Shown piece after piece: positions 8,114 to 17,035 of a stretch of 24,853 bases of DNA. Every line of letters starts with the position of its first letter. The first letter of the stretch is position 1. The position numbers and the translations under genes were made by a program. The DNA is from Fidelibacterota bacterium (GTDB taxonomy: Bacteria; Fidelibacterota; Marinisomatia; Marinisomatales; UBA2128). The notes beneath the pieces were generated by a model. That model was given only the letters and a program-made list of their open reading frames with translations. It made no database searches and had not been told where the DNA came from. The DNA is taken from assembly GCA_046861645.1 (NCBI GenBank), contig JBHHUM010000032.1, positions 1-24,853 of the forward strand, given 5' to 3'.

Positions 8114-8944
8114 ATGAAAAAAATAGATATAGAGAAATCATATAAAATCTCTATTTTGGGGGGAGGGAATATTGGAACAGCAATCGCCCAGGGACTTGCT
8201 TCCTCGGGCTGGTGTTCAGCGGATAAGATTATTATCACAAGAAGAAATATTCAGTTGTTGGCACCATTAGCAAATGCTGGTTTCGTTACCCACTCAGATA
8301 ATTCCTGGGCTTCCAAACAGACAAAAATCATTTTCTTAACTGTGCAACCCCAACAGCTGGATTCCCTGATAAATGAAATCAGACCAATTATTACCAAGGA
8401 TCATATTTTGATCTCAGTTGTGACTGGTGTTACTATAGCTACTTTACAGAAAAAATTTGGAAACCAGGCCACTATTATCAGAGCAATGCCTAACACTGCA
8501 ATAGCAATTAGGGAATCTATGACCTGTCTATCAGCAGAGGAAGGTAAAGAGGAAGCATTACAGACAGTCCAATCACTTTTTGCTGCAGTTGGAGAAACAC
8601 TGGTGATTTCAGAAAATCACATGGTTCCTGCAACAGCGTTGACTGCCTGTGGTGTAGCCTTTTTCCTGAGATCCATAAGGGCAGCTTCTCAAGGTGGAAT
8701 CGAAATAGGTTTCCACTCCGATGAAGCCCTCCTTTTAGCAGCACAAACAGCCAGAGGAGCAGCAGCTTTGGTACTTTCATCAGGTGGACACCCGGAATCT
8801 GAAATAGATCATGTTACTACTCCACGAGGTTGTACAATTGCAGGACTGAATGAAATGGAGCACCGGGGTTTCAGCTCGGCTATGATTAAAGGTATCACTA
8901 CCTCGGCGGAAATGGCAGAAACCCTTTATCTTGATAGAGAGTAG
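8114..8944 (+). CDS. proC: Pyrroline-5-carboxylate reductase
   Basis: GGGNIG Rossmann motif, IRAMPN and VTTPRGCTIAGL. AAGGAG RBS upstream. Confidence 0.95.
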   Translation: MKKIDIEKSYKISILGGGNIGTAIAQGLASSGWCSADKIIITRRNIQLLAPLANAGFVTHSDNSWASKQTKIIFLTVQPQQLDSLINEIRPIITKDHILISVVTGVTIATLQKKFGNQATIIRAMPNTAIAIRESMTCLSAEEGKEEALQTVQSLFAAVGETLVISENHMVPATALTACGVAFFLRSIRAASQGGIEIGFHSDEALLLAAQTARGAAALVLSSGGHPESEIDHVTTPRGCTIAGLNEMEHRGFSSAMIKGITTSAEMAETLYLDRE

Positions 8945-9049
8945 ATTATAATAGATTCCTTCAACTAAGTGGAAAGAATCTTGATGATTTTTGAATGAAT
9001 TAATAAATAAGGCTATGTTCCATAAACTTACTGAATTAGACATAATAAA

Positions 9050-9320
9050 ATTCAACACCTAACCCGTACAGTCTCAAGCTCCTTACCCTGATTCACTCCC
9101 CGATACAGTCACTCCGTTCCCTACAGGGCTGGCGGTTTTGGCGATCTATTATGATTGCCTTCCTGTCGGCAGACAGAGATGTTATAGACCTTTAACTCCT
9201 AACGGAGTCTATCAATATGAATAGAAATCCCGTAGGCTTACAGTCCCGTACTTCATGTCGGGAGATTGTATGTCTATAAAGGCACTGAACACGATAAACA
9301 TGAACTCCGTTGGAGTTCAA
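9050..9320. repeat. REP-like four-hairpin composite, copy 2, with nested insertions
   Basis: ATTCAACACCTAAC (9050-9063) is the exact reverse complement of 353-366. Other units are ACTCC-TAAC-GGAGT (9195-9208), AATCCC-GTA-GG/GATT (9226-9267, split by 9237-9263) and TGAACTCC-GTT-GGAGTTCA (9301-9319). Confidence 0.75.
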
Positions 9321-9672
9321 CAGGGTGGTGTAAACAACATGCAAATCAGTTTATCTTTAGAACATAGCCATAAATAATAAATCTTCACGTAATATTAAGA
9401 CTCACCAAAACCAAACCACCACGATTAGTTAAGTATAATTAGAAAAGGGTTAAATTTTGTATCAAATAATTTTCAACTATCAGCTTCCTTATCTTTTGCA
9501 TAGATTCCTATCCTAGATTTCCTCTCCAATAGCTCAAATAATAATAAAGCAAATTGATATTGCTTAAGTCTCAATTTTCAACAGAGATACAAAAAACCAA
9601 CTAATTTAAATTAATTATCACTTCAAAATGGGAGTAAGAATCAAATTACTGATACACTTCTAATTGAATTAA

Positions 9673-12540
9673 ATGATATCTAACAAAAGTAAGATTTTAT
9701 TCCATTCTTCACCAGAATCTATTGATACATGGGTAATTCGTTTAACCTTATTTTTATCAGGTTTCTGTGGTATTGCCTATGAAATTCTATATAACCGACT
9801 CTTGGGAAACATTATTGGTAACCATTTTGTTGTAAATACTTCTATACTTGTCACTTTCCTGTTAGGGATTGGTTTAGGAACAAAATACGCTCACTATCTA
9901 AAAGGATATTTATGGGCGATCGAAACAGGAATAGGACTTTATGCTATAGGATTTACCTTGTTATTACCTCAGTTCGATTCATTTCTGTTTAATATTCTTC
10001 CCCTAGCTAACCTACCGATAAACATATTGATTTCCTGCGCCCTTTTAGTCATACCTGCTTTTTTGGTAGGAGTAAGTTTGCCTTTATTTTCGGCATATCT
10101 TCAATTTTTAGTAACCGGACGTGCTTTCAGTCGGAGTTACTTTATCTACAATTTCGGAGCGGCATTTACTGCGTTTGTAATAGAGTTTATCCTCATTCGT
10201 AATCTGGGTCTTCGCCAGGCAGTTTTCTCAGTTGCAGCTATAAACTTATCCATAGGTACCATCCTGTTTACTCGTCGCAAAAAGTTGAATCTGTTTCTGA
10301 AGCCAATGCCTCTCATCAAGTATCCTCTTAAAATCATTGTGCCTTTGGTAGTTGTAAGCGTAGCCAGTGCCATTTTTCAATTAACCATGTTGAAATTTGC
10401 AGAATTTGTATATGGCCCCTTCCATGAAACCTTTGCTATGGTTTTGGGAATTGTACTCTTGGGGATCGCCTTAGGTACTCATATGAATCACTATCATCAA
10501 ATACGATTTCGTACTTTTGTTATTATTAATCTAGTTTATCTTTCTCTTCTGATACTTTTCTTTCCACTATTCGTAAAACTATACGCAACAGTTTGGGGAT
10601 ATTTACCAGAAAAGGGATTACTTATCTGGAAACTGTATATTCTCTTCTTGCTTATGGGACCCAGCGCTATCTGTTTTGGTGCTGCAATCCCAGCATTAAT
10701 GAAGGACGAGTCAGATATAGCTCGAGAATCAGGTTACTTATTGTTTATATCCAGCATAGCTAATGCGGCCGGTTATTTGTTGATGGTATTTGTAATTCAC
10801 TCCCGGCTGGAATATGGTCAGATTTTGAATCTGATTATTGGATTATTAATCCTGACTTTTATCATTCGATCGTGGCCACGATGGCATACCAGTGGAATAA
10901 TGATTGTCGTGGGAGTTTTCAGCTTTTTCTCAGTAAAGTTTACCTGGAGTGAAGATTTTCTTTATTTGGATTATGTAACATTTACATCACCTCAGAAAAT
11001 TCAGGAGGAAATACTTTCTCTTCAATCAGGAGAACGATTCAGGAAATACGATGAAACTTTTTCCATAAACCAGATTGGACAGAATAAATACTTTTTTATC
11101 AACGGTTATACGAGCGTTCCTTTCAACTCATCCTCAGAATATTTAGTAGGACTTGTTTCTTCTCTAGTTGCCCCTCGGCTGAACGAGGGATTGGTACTGG
11201 GTTTGGGTAGTGGGGCCACTGCTGGAACCGTGGCAGAAGTTTTCAAGAAACTGGATATCGTGGAAATCAGTCCAACAATTATTGAAAAACAATTCCTTAT
11301 GAAGGAATATAGTTTTGATGTCATGTCAAAACCCAATGTGAACGTGATATGCGACGATGGCATCCGTTTTTTGAAAACTACACCACGAAAATATGATTTA
11401 ATTCTAAATACAGTGACTTCTCCACTATATTTCAGTTCAAGCAAGCTTTATACCCTTGACTTCTATCAACAAGTGAAAACCCATTTGAAAGAGGATGGAA
11501 TTTATACGACCTGGCTGGATAGTAGGGTTGGAGAAATGGGAGTAAAAATAATATTAACCACTCTGAAAAGTGAGTTCAAATATTGCTGGGTAACGCAGAT
11601 TAAATCTAATTATTATCTACTGGTGGTTTCGAATAATCCACTGGCAATAAGGCAAGATCAGGAAATCGATAGTAATTCTAAGTTATCTGATTTTTTTGCC
11701 TCTAAGCATGGACTAAATATTCACAATCTTCGCTACTCTATAACTAATACTAATCCCTATGATTATCTATCAATTAATGAAACCATTCCTCTAAATACTA
11801 TCGATCTACCTGGTTTAGAATTTGAAATAGCTCGATTAAATAATCCTACCATCCAAAGTTTCTCAAATTTCCTTTTACAAGAATACAGTATTGACCGATT
11901 AAATAGTGAGATCTTTACAACTCAACCCATCGAAATTCTGGAATTGATCGCTTATAATATGAAAATTGATCATGAATCAGCAATGACGCAGCATTTACTT
12001 AAACTTACCAACGGTAGTTCGTCGAATTATATAATTTTACTGGAAAAGTATATGCTTGATTTCTTCTCAGCTACTGCTTCACAATACCGTACTCCTGAAA
12101 GCTTGAACAACTTGGCTTACTGGTATTGGTTTTTCAATCATATTCAAGAAGCTGAGAAAGTTTATCGTGACCTTGCTGCAATTGATGCAGATTTTTATGA
12201 TGTTTACTTACACATAGGATTAGCCCGTTTCTTTCAAGAAGATTATGCCGATGCCATCACTTATTTTGACAAAGAACTGGCTAAAGATACTGACCATTGT
12301 GATGCTCTTTTTTGGGCGGGACGTGCTAATCTTCAATTGGGAGAACTAAAAGAAGCACGCAAAGTACTGAAGAGATGTCTTAAGCAACAACCGTGGTATG
12401 ATGATGTGAACCTGCTTCTGGCACAAACGTTTCAGTATGATCAATTGGATTCTGTTATCTATTATTTACAACAGGAAATTAAATTAGACCCTGATGACAG
12501 GAAAGCACGTCGATTACTATATCAAATTCAATATTATTAA
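9673..12540 (+). CDS. Fused multi-TM / spermidine synthase-like (class I SAM-binding) protein with C-terminal TPRs
   Basis: About 13 hydrophobic segments (LSGFCGIAYEI repeated as VASAIFQL), then LVLGLGSGATAG, DIVEIS, DDG, YDLIL and LYTLDFYQ. TPR-like helices at the C-terminus. Confidence 0.85.
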   Translation: MISNKSKILFHSSPESIDTWVIRLTLFLSGFCGIAYEILYNRLLGNIIGNHFVVNTSILVTFLLGIGLGTKYAHYLKGYLWAIETGIGLYAIGFTLLLPQFDSFLFNILPLANLPINILISCALLVIPAFLVGVSLPLFSAYLQFLVTGRAFSRSYFIYNFGAAFTAFVIEFILIRNLGLRQAVFSVAAINLSIGTILFTRRKKLNLFLKPMPLIKYPLKIIVPLVVVSVASAIFQLTMLKFAEFVYGPFHETFAMVLGIVLLGIALGTHMNHYHQIRFRTFVIINLVYLSLLILFFPLFVKLYATVWGYLPEKGLLIWKLYILFLLMGPSAICFGAAIPALMKDESDIARESGYLLFISSIANAAGYLLMVFVIHSRLEYGQILNLIIGLLILTFIIRSWPRWHTSGIMIVVGVFSFFSVKFTWSEDFLYLDYVTFTSPQKIQEEILSLQSGERFRKYDETFSINQIGQNKYFFINGYTSVPFNSSSEYLVGLVSSLVAPRLNEGLVLGLGSGATAGTVAEVFKKLDIVEISPTIIEKQFLMKEYSFDVMSKPNVNVICDDGIRFLKTTPRKYDLILNTVTSPLYFSSSKLYTLDFYQQVKTHLKEDGIYTTWLDSRVGEMGVKIILTTLKSEFKYCWVTQIKSNYYLLVVSNNPLAIRQDQEIDSNSKLSDFFASKHGLNIHNLRYSITNTNPYDYLSINETIPLNTIDLPGLEFEIARLNNPTIQSFSNFLLQEYSIDRLNSEIFTTQPIEILELIAYNMKIDHESAMTQHLLKLTNGSSSNYIILLEKYMLDFFSATASQYRTPESLNNLAYWYWFFNHIQEAEKVYRDLAAIDADFYDVYLHIGLARFFQEDYADAITYFDKELAKDTDHCDALFWAGRANLQLGELKEARKVLKRCLKQQPWYDDVNLLLAQTFQYDQLDSVIYYLQQEIKLDPDDRKARRLLYQIQYY

Positions 12541-12707
12541 TTTTCTAAAGTTTGGATATACTGTTGTTAGTAGACCATATACATTACGTAATTATGAATA
12601 GTTGATAAGATGTAACATTCTTCTCAATTTAAGAATTCATAAATATGATTAAGCAAATAATCTTCAACTACTGGGTTTACAACTTTAATTCTACAAATTT
12701 ATATCGA

Positions 12708-14450
12708 TTAACTTCTCTCAAATCTCTTATCCAATTCCTCCAGAGATAGATTTACTATAATCGGTCGCCCATGTGGACAATAATAGGGGTGTTTTGTTGC
12801 AAATAAACGATCCACCAGATTCTGCATCTCCTCCCGAGCCAGTGTATCTCCTGCTTTAATAGCTGCCTTACAGGCATAAGATGCTGCTACCGCTTCCTGA
12901 AAAGAAGCGTACTCCTTTTGATGTTCCAAAAAGTAGTCAATTATCTCCCTCAACACTTGACTTTCGTTACCCCAACCCAATTCCTGGGGTACACCTTCTA
13001 CCAGCACTGCAGTCTTACCAAATTCCCTAATGCGGAAACCAATTTTCTCGAGATAAGGAACAAGGTCAATAAGGGAAGCATAATCATCCGGAGAGAATTC
13101 AACTACCTGTGGAAATAATAGCGTTTGACTGGGTATTGGATTCTGCTCCATGGCAGCTAAAGCCTGTTCATAAAGAATCCTTTCATGAGCGACATGCTGG
13201 TCGATAATCACAAGACCACTTGTTATTTGAGAAATAATGTATTTTTCATGAATCTGCCAGATATTTTCGAGGCTTAGGAATAAACGTCTTTCCTGATCTC
13301 CAAGGGTACGTACATAAGCTACCGCACGCTCGACTTTTCCTTTTTGACTAAGGGATTTTCCACCCTCTAACTGTTTTTTAAAAGATAGCCCCGCTTGGAA
13401 GTTTTCTCTCTCATGCGAATATTTATAATTAGTATCCGGAGGACTAAAATCAGGGATTGTGGCCAGTATTTCCTGTAAAGCATCAACTACCGCACTCTTT
13501 AAGACATGATACACCTTCCACTCATCACGGAACCGAACTTCGGTCTTCATGGGATGGACATTAACGTCTACAAACTCCAGGGGAACCTCTAGGTTTAAGA
13601 CAAAAAATGGAAATTCTCCACGTAATACCAACGACCGGTAAGCTGCAAAAACCGCAGAATCTAACAAGCGGTCACGAATCCAGCGTCCGTTGAGAAAAAG
13701 ATACTGTTCTCCCCTTCGTTTACGGACAAGATTAAGATTGCCAATATACCCTTCCACTCTGAAAGGTTCTTTATTGAACCTTACCGGGAGGATATTCTGT
13801 TTATATGTTGGATCGAATAAATGTCCAATTCTCTCAGTAACGGTTTCAACGGGTAAATCGAGTAGTACTTTCTCATCAGAAACCAGGCGAAAACCAATGT
13901 TGAAATTGCAGAGCGCAAACCGTTTGACAGATTGAATGAGATGTCGTAGTTCAGTCTTGGGGCTTTTCAGGAATTTCCGGCGGGCTGGAACAGAGAAAAA
14001 CAACTCACTTACAGTAACTGCGGTACCCTTTGAGCATGAAGATGGTACAGGGTGGCTCATTGTTCCATCGGTAATTGTTAACACATAACCACTTCCAGAA
14101 CTGTTTGTGGCAGAAAGAGCTTTAACTTTAGCAACAGAAGCGATACTGGCTAATGCTTCTCCTCGAAAACCCAAAGTACTTATCCGTTCCAGGTCTTGTG
14201 CTTTGTTAATTTTCGAAGTGGAATGCCGGGCAAAAGCAAGAACGAGATCTTCAGCCGATAAACCCTCTCCATCATCTATTACCTGAATGGAGACATTGCC
14301 TCCACCTTCTACAACAATCTCTATTGACGTTGCACCGGCATCTATACTGTTTTCTATCAGTTCCTTTACTACAGATGCCGGTCGCTCAACAACTTCCCCA
14401 GCAGCGATTTTGTTCTTTAAATCATCGGATAATACTTTGATCTTACTCAT
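12708..14450 (-). CDS. mutL: DNA mismatch repair endonuclease MutL
   Basis: IAAGEVVERPASVVKELIENSIDAGA, GFRGEAL, DVNVHP, endonuclease motif DQHVAHERILYE, ACK and CPHGRP. Start could be 14453. Confidence 0.98.
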   Translation of the reverse strand: MSKIKVLSDDLKNKIAAGEVVERPASVVKELIENSIDAGATSIEIVVEGGGNVSIQVIDDGEGLSAEDLVLAFARHSTSKINKAQDLERISTLGFRGEALASIASVAKVKALSATNSSGSGYVLTITDGTMSHPVPSSCSKGTAVTVSELFFSVPARRKFLKSPKTELRHLIQSVKRFALCNFNIGFRLVSDEKVLLDLPVETVTERIGHLFDPTYKQNILPVRFNKEPFRVEGYIGNLNLVRKRRGEQYLFLNGRWIRDRLLDSAVFAAYRSLVLRGEFPFFVLNLEVPLEFVDVNVHPMKTEVRFRDEWKVYHVLKSAVVDALQEILATIPDFSPPDTNYKYSHERENFQAGLSFKKQLEGGKSLSQKGKVERAVAYVRTLGDQERRLFLSLENIWQIHEKYIISQITSGLVIIDQHVAHERILYEQALAAMEQNPIPSQTLLFPQVVEFSPDDYASLIDLVPYLEKIGFRIREFGKTAVLVEGVPQELGWGNESQVLREIIDYFLEHQKEYASFQEAVAASYACKAAIKAGDTLAREEMQNLVDRLFATKHPYYCPHGRPIIVNLSLEELDKRFERS

Positions 14451-14549
14451 CATTTAAACTTATCAATGATTACACCGAAAGTAATATCATTGAAAAGAAA
14501 ATTATCTCCCAGTCTACAACCCTAATCTTCGCTGAGTAGGACCAAATCA

Positions 14550-16277
14550 TCACCGATTAGAGCCAATATCAGTAAATGAATCTGTGACAACTTTTTCCAC
14601 TTGCGCTAATACTTTTTCCTTGAGTTTAGATGCCTTTTCAGCAAGATCATCAATTTCCATCTTAATTAATCTTTTAAATTGATCATCTTCAACTACAGGT
14701 AGGTTAATAAGTACATTTAATCTTGCTCCCCTGAAACCAGCAAAAGCTGCCTCAGCTGCTACACCGGAATCACTGATCGAGGCACCCAAGCCTTCTCGAG
14801 CTATGACATCAGCAAGTTCCAAAACTTCAGTACACAGTCTTGCCACTTCGAGTGGAATCTTTGTCGCTTCCCTGGTTGCTTCCTGGATAGCTGAATCGCG
14901 CTTAATCTTCTGCTCATCACTACTTTTTGGCATTCGCATTGCAGCCAAAAGAACATTAAACGCCTGAGCATCTGCTGATACTAAATCAGAAAGCTGATCC
15001 TTTAGTTGTTGAGCCTTTTCACCAACCTTCTCCATTTCTGAGTGTTTTTTCTCCATCCCTTTCTTACCATGTGTCAAAGCAGCAACCATACTGGTCAGAG
15101 CAGCAGCCAATGAACCCATTAGGGCGCTTACCGACCCACCACCAGGCGCCGGACTATCTGTTGAAAGTTCAGAAATAAAATCTTTAACCGACATGGATTC
15201 AAGTCCTCCCCTATCTTGTTGTACAGCATATTCAATAACCTTTTCCCGGGCAGTAAAAGGAGCTACATCATTAAGCCCTAATGATTGAACTGCTATTTCC
15301 AACAAATCATTCTCAGGAACAGCAGGTGTCCGCCCTTGTTTCTTCAGATAATATCGTCCCGCCATGAGGAGTGCTTCCAAGGGAATAAGGCCCACTAATT
15401 CACTACCTGTAACTCTGAGACCCCTCTCTTCAGCTAAACGACAGGCAGCATCAAAAACTTCATGTATAGGTGAGATTTTGTAATTAGTAAAATTAATAGA
15501 AATTTGAGCTCGTTTGTAGTTCTCTACGTACCATCCAACAGCTTTCACCTCTTTAAAAAGCCCAGATACTTTTACTGCTTTTCCTGTTGCATCGCGAACA
15601 ATTTCACCATCCAGAAGATTTTGGGAAAGAGGATTAGGAATACGTTTAGTTCTCCCCTTCTCCCTTAATTCAAAAGCGATGTCCGTCGCCCACCGTTTGT
15701 CCTTTGTATTCAGGTTAATGTTATAGGCTATAAGAAATTCCCGGGCACCCATGATAACTGCTCCACTCCGAGCGTTGAACTTAGCTTCACCAAAGTCTGG
15801 CTTCCATCGGGGATTTTTTAATTTCTCTTCCAGACCTTCATATTCCCCTGCTCTTACTACAGCCAAGTTTTGTCGATCAGGAGAACTGGCTGCATGCTCA
15901 TATAGATAAACGGGAATTTTCAACTCTGAGGCAACTCTTTCTCCCACCTCCCTGGCCATCAGTACACAATCGTCCATGGTAACACCTCGCACAGGAATAA
16001 AAGGGCAGACATCTGTAGCTCCCATGCGAGCATGCGTTCCTTTATGCTTCCTCATATCTATCACCTGTGCTGCAGTGGCAATAGCTTGAAAGGCTGCTTC
16101 CTTTATGCTATCAGGAGATCCTACAAAAGTCACTACTGTTCTATTCGTGTCTGCTCCGGGATCAACATCTAAAAGAGTCACATCATCTACAGATTGGATG
16201 GCATCTGTAATGGTGTGGATTTTCTCCAAATCCCTACCTTCGCTGAAATTCGGTACACATTCAACAATCTTATCCAA
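14550..16277 (-). CDS. ftcd: Bifunctional glutamate formiminotransferase / formiminotetrahydrofolate cyclodeaminase
   Basis: VECVPNFSEGR, NRTVVT, HARMGATDVCPF and GSELVGL. C-terminal cyclodeaminase domain has PAPGGGSVSA. TTG start with AGGAG upstream. Confidence 0.95.
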   Translation of the reverse strand: MDKIVECVPNFSEGRDLEKIHTITDAIQSVDDVTLLDVDPGADTNRTVVTFVGSPDSIKEAAFQAIATAAQVIDMRKHKGTHARMGATDVCPFIPVRGVTMDDCVLMAREVGERVASELKIPVYLYEHAASSPDRQNLAVVRAGEYEGLEEKLKNPRWKPDFGEAKFNARSGAVIMGAREFLIAYNINLNTKDKRWATDIAFELREKGRTKRIPNPLSQNLLDGEIVRDATGKAVKVSGLFKEVKAVGWYVENYKRAQISINFTNYKISPIHEVFDAACRLAEERGLRVTGSELVGLIPLEALLMAGRYYLKKQGRTPAVPENDLLEIAVQSLGLNDVAPFTAREKVIEYAVQQDRGGLESMSVKDFISELSTDSPAPGGGSVSALMGSLAAALTSMVAALTHGKKGMEKKHSEMEKVGEKAQQLKDQLSDLVSADAQAFNVLLAAMRMPKSSDEQKIKRDSAIQEATREATKIPLEVARLCTEVLELADVIAREGLGASISDSGVAAEAAFAGFRGARLNVLINLPVVEDDQFKRLIKMEIDDLAEKASKLKEKVLAQVEKVVTDSFTDIGSNR

Positions 16278-16286
16278 CCTGTACTC

Positions 16287-16412
16287 CTATGACAATTGGG
16301 AGAGATACCAGAGAAGACCTACCACAATAGCTAACAGGATGATTAGTTTCCAAATTGATCTGCCTGGTTTATGCCGTTCAACAACTCTCTTGAAGTGAAC
16401 TTCATGGGTCAT
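16287..16412 (-). CDS. 41 aa small membrane protein, hypothetical
   Basis: MTHEVHFKRVVERHKPGRSIWKLIILLAIVVGLLWYLSQLS: basic N-terminus and one C-terminal TM helix. Start overlaps the upstream stop (ATGA), and its TAG overlaps the ftcd RBS. Confidence 0.7.
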   Translation of the reverse strand: MTHEVHFKRVVERHKPGRSIWKLIILLAIVVGLLWYLSQLS

Positions 16413-17035
16413 GAAAGTAATCCAAACGTAAATAGTTTTGAGAAATAATTCACAAATGGTCCTATAAATGCCCAAAAAATGGAACGGCCTGTCATCATTC
16501 CCATAAAGATAAGCCCCATCAGTGCCCAGGGACCATACATTTCCAGTTGATCAGCAATATGCTGATACTGGTAGGGTAAGAGTCCACGCAATACTTTAGA
16601 TCCATCGAGTGGGGGAATAGGCAACATATTAAAAATGGCCAGTGCTAAGTTTATGATCAGACTATACTGTAACATGATAATGAGTAAGCTATTTTGACCT
16701 ATACCACCAGTTCGTACAACTAAAGACAGGAATATTCCGGAAACAAAAGCTAACACCATATTCATCGCTGGTCCCGCTAGTGCAACCCAAAGCATATCCT
16801 GCTTAGGATTCCGGAAATAACGAGGGTCAACAGGTACGGGTTTAGCCCAGCCGAAATGAACAATGAATAACATGATCGTTCCTATGGGATCCAGATGGGA
16901 AATGGGATTGAGTGTCAAACGCCCGGCCATCTTTGCGGTTGGATCACCCAATTGGAATGCAACATAACCGTGAGCATATTCATGAAAAGTCAGTGCTACC
17001 AGAATTGGTGGTGCCAAAAGAAAAATATCTACCAT
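16409..17035 (-). CDS. Site-2 protease family (M50) intramembrane zinc metalloprotease
   Basis: HEYAH, GRLTLNP, GWAKPVP, AGP and FNMLPIPPLDG. Confidence 0.95.
   Translation of the reverse strand: MVDIFLLAPPILVALTFHEYAHGYVAFQLGDPTAKMAGRLTLNPISHLDPIGTIMLFIVHFGWAKPVPVDPRYFRNPKQDMLWVALAGPAMNMVLAFVSGIFLSLVVRTGGIGQNSLLIIMLQYSLIINLALAIFNMLPIPPLDGSKVLRGLLPYQYQHIADQLEMYGPWALMGLIFMGMMTGRSIFWAFIGPFVNYFSKLFTFGLLS

Noticed and set aside
12541..12707. Terminator or ncRNA between convergent genes
   Set aside because: Very AT-rich, with no convincing GC stem plus U-tract or recognisable RNA motif.
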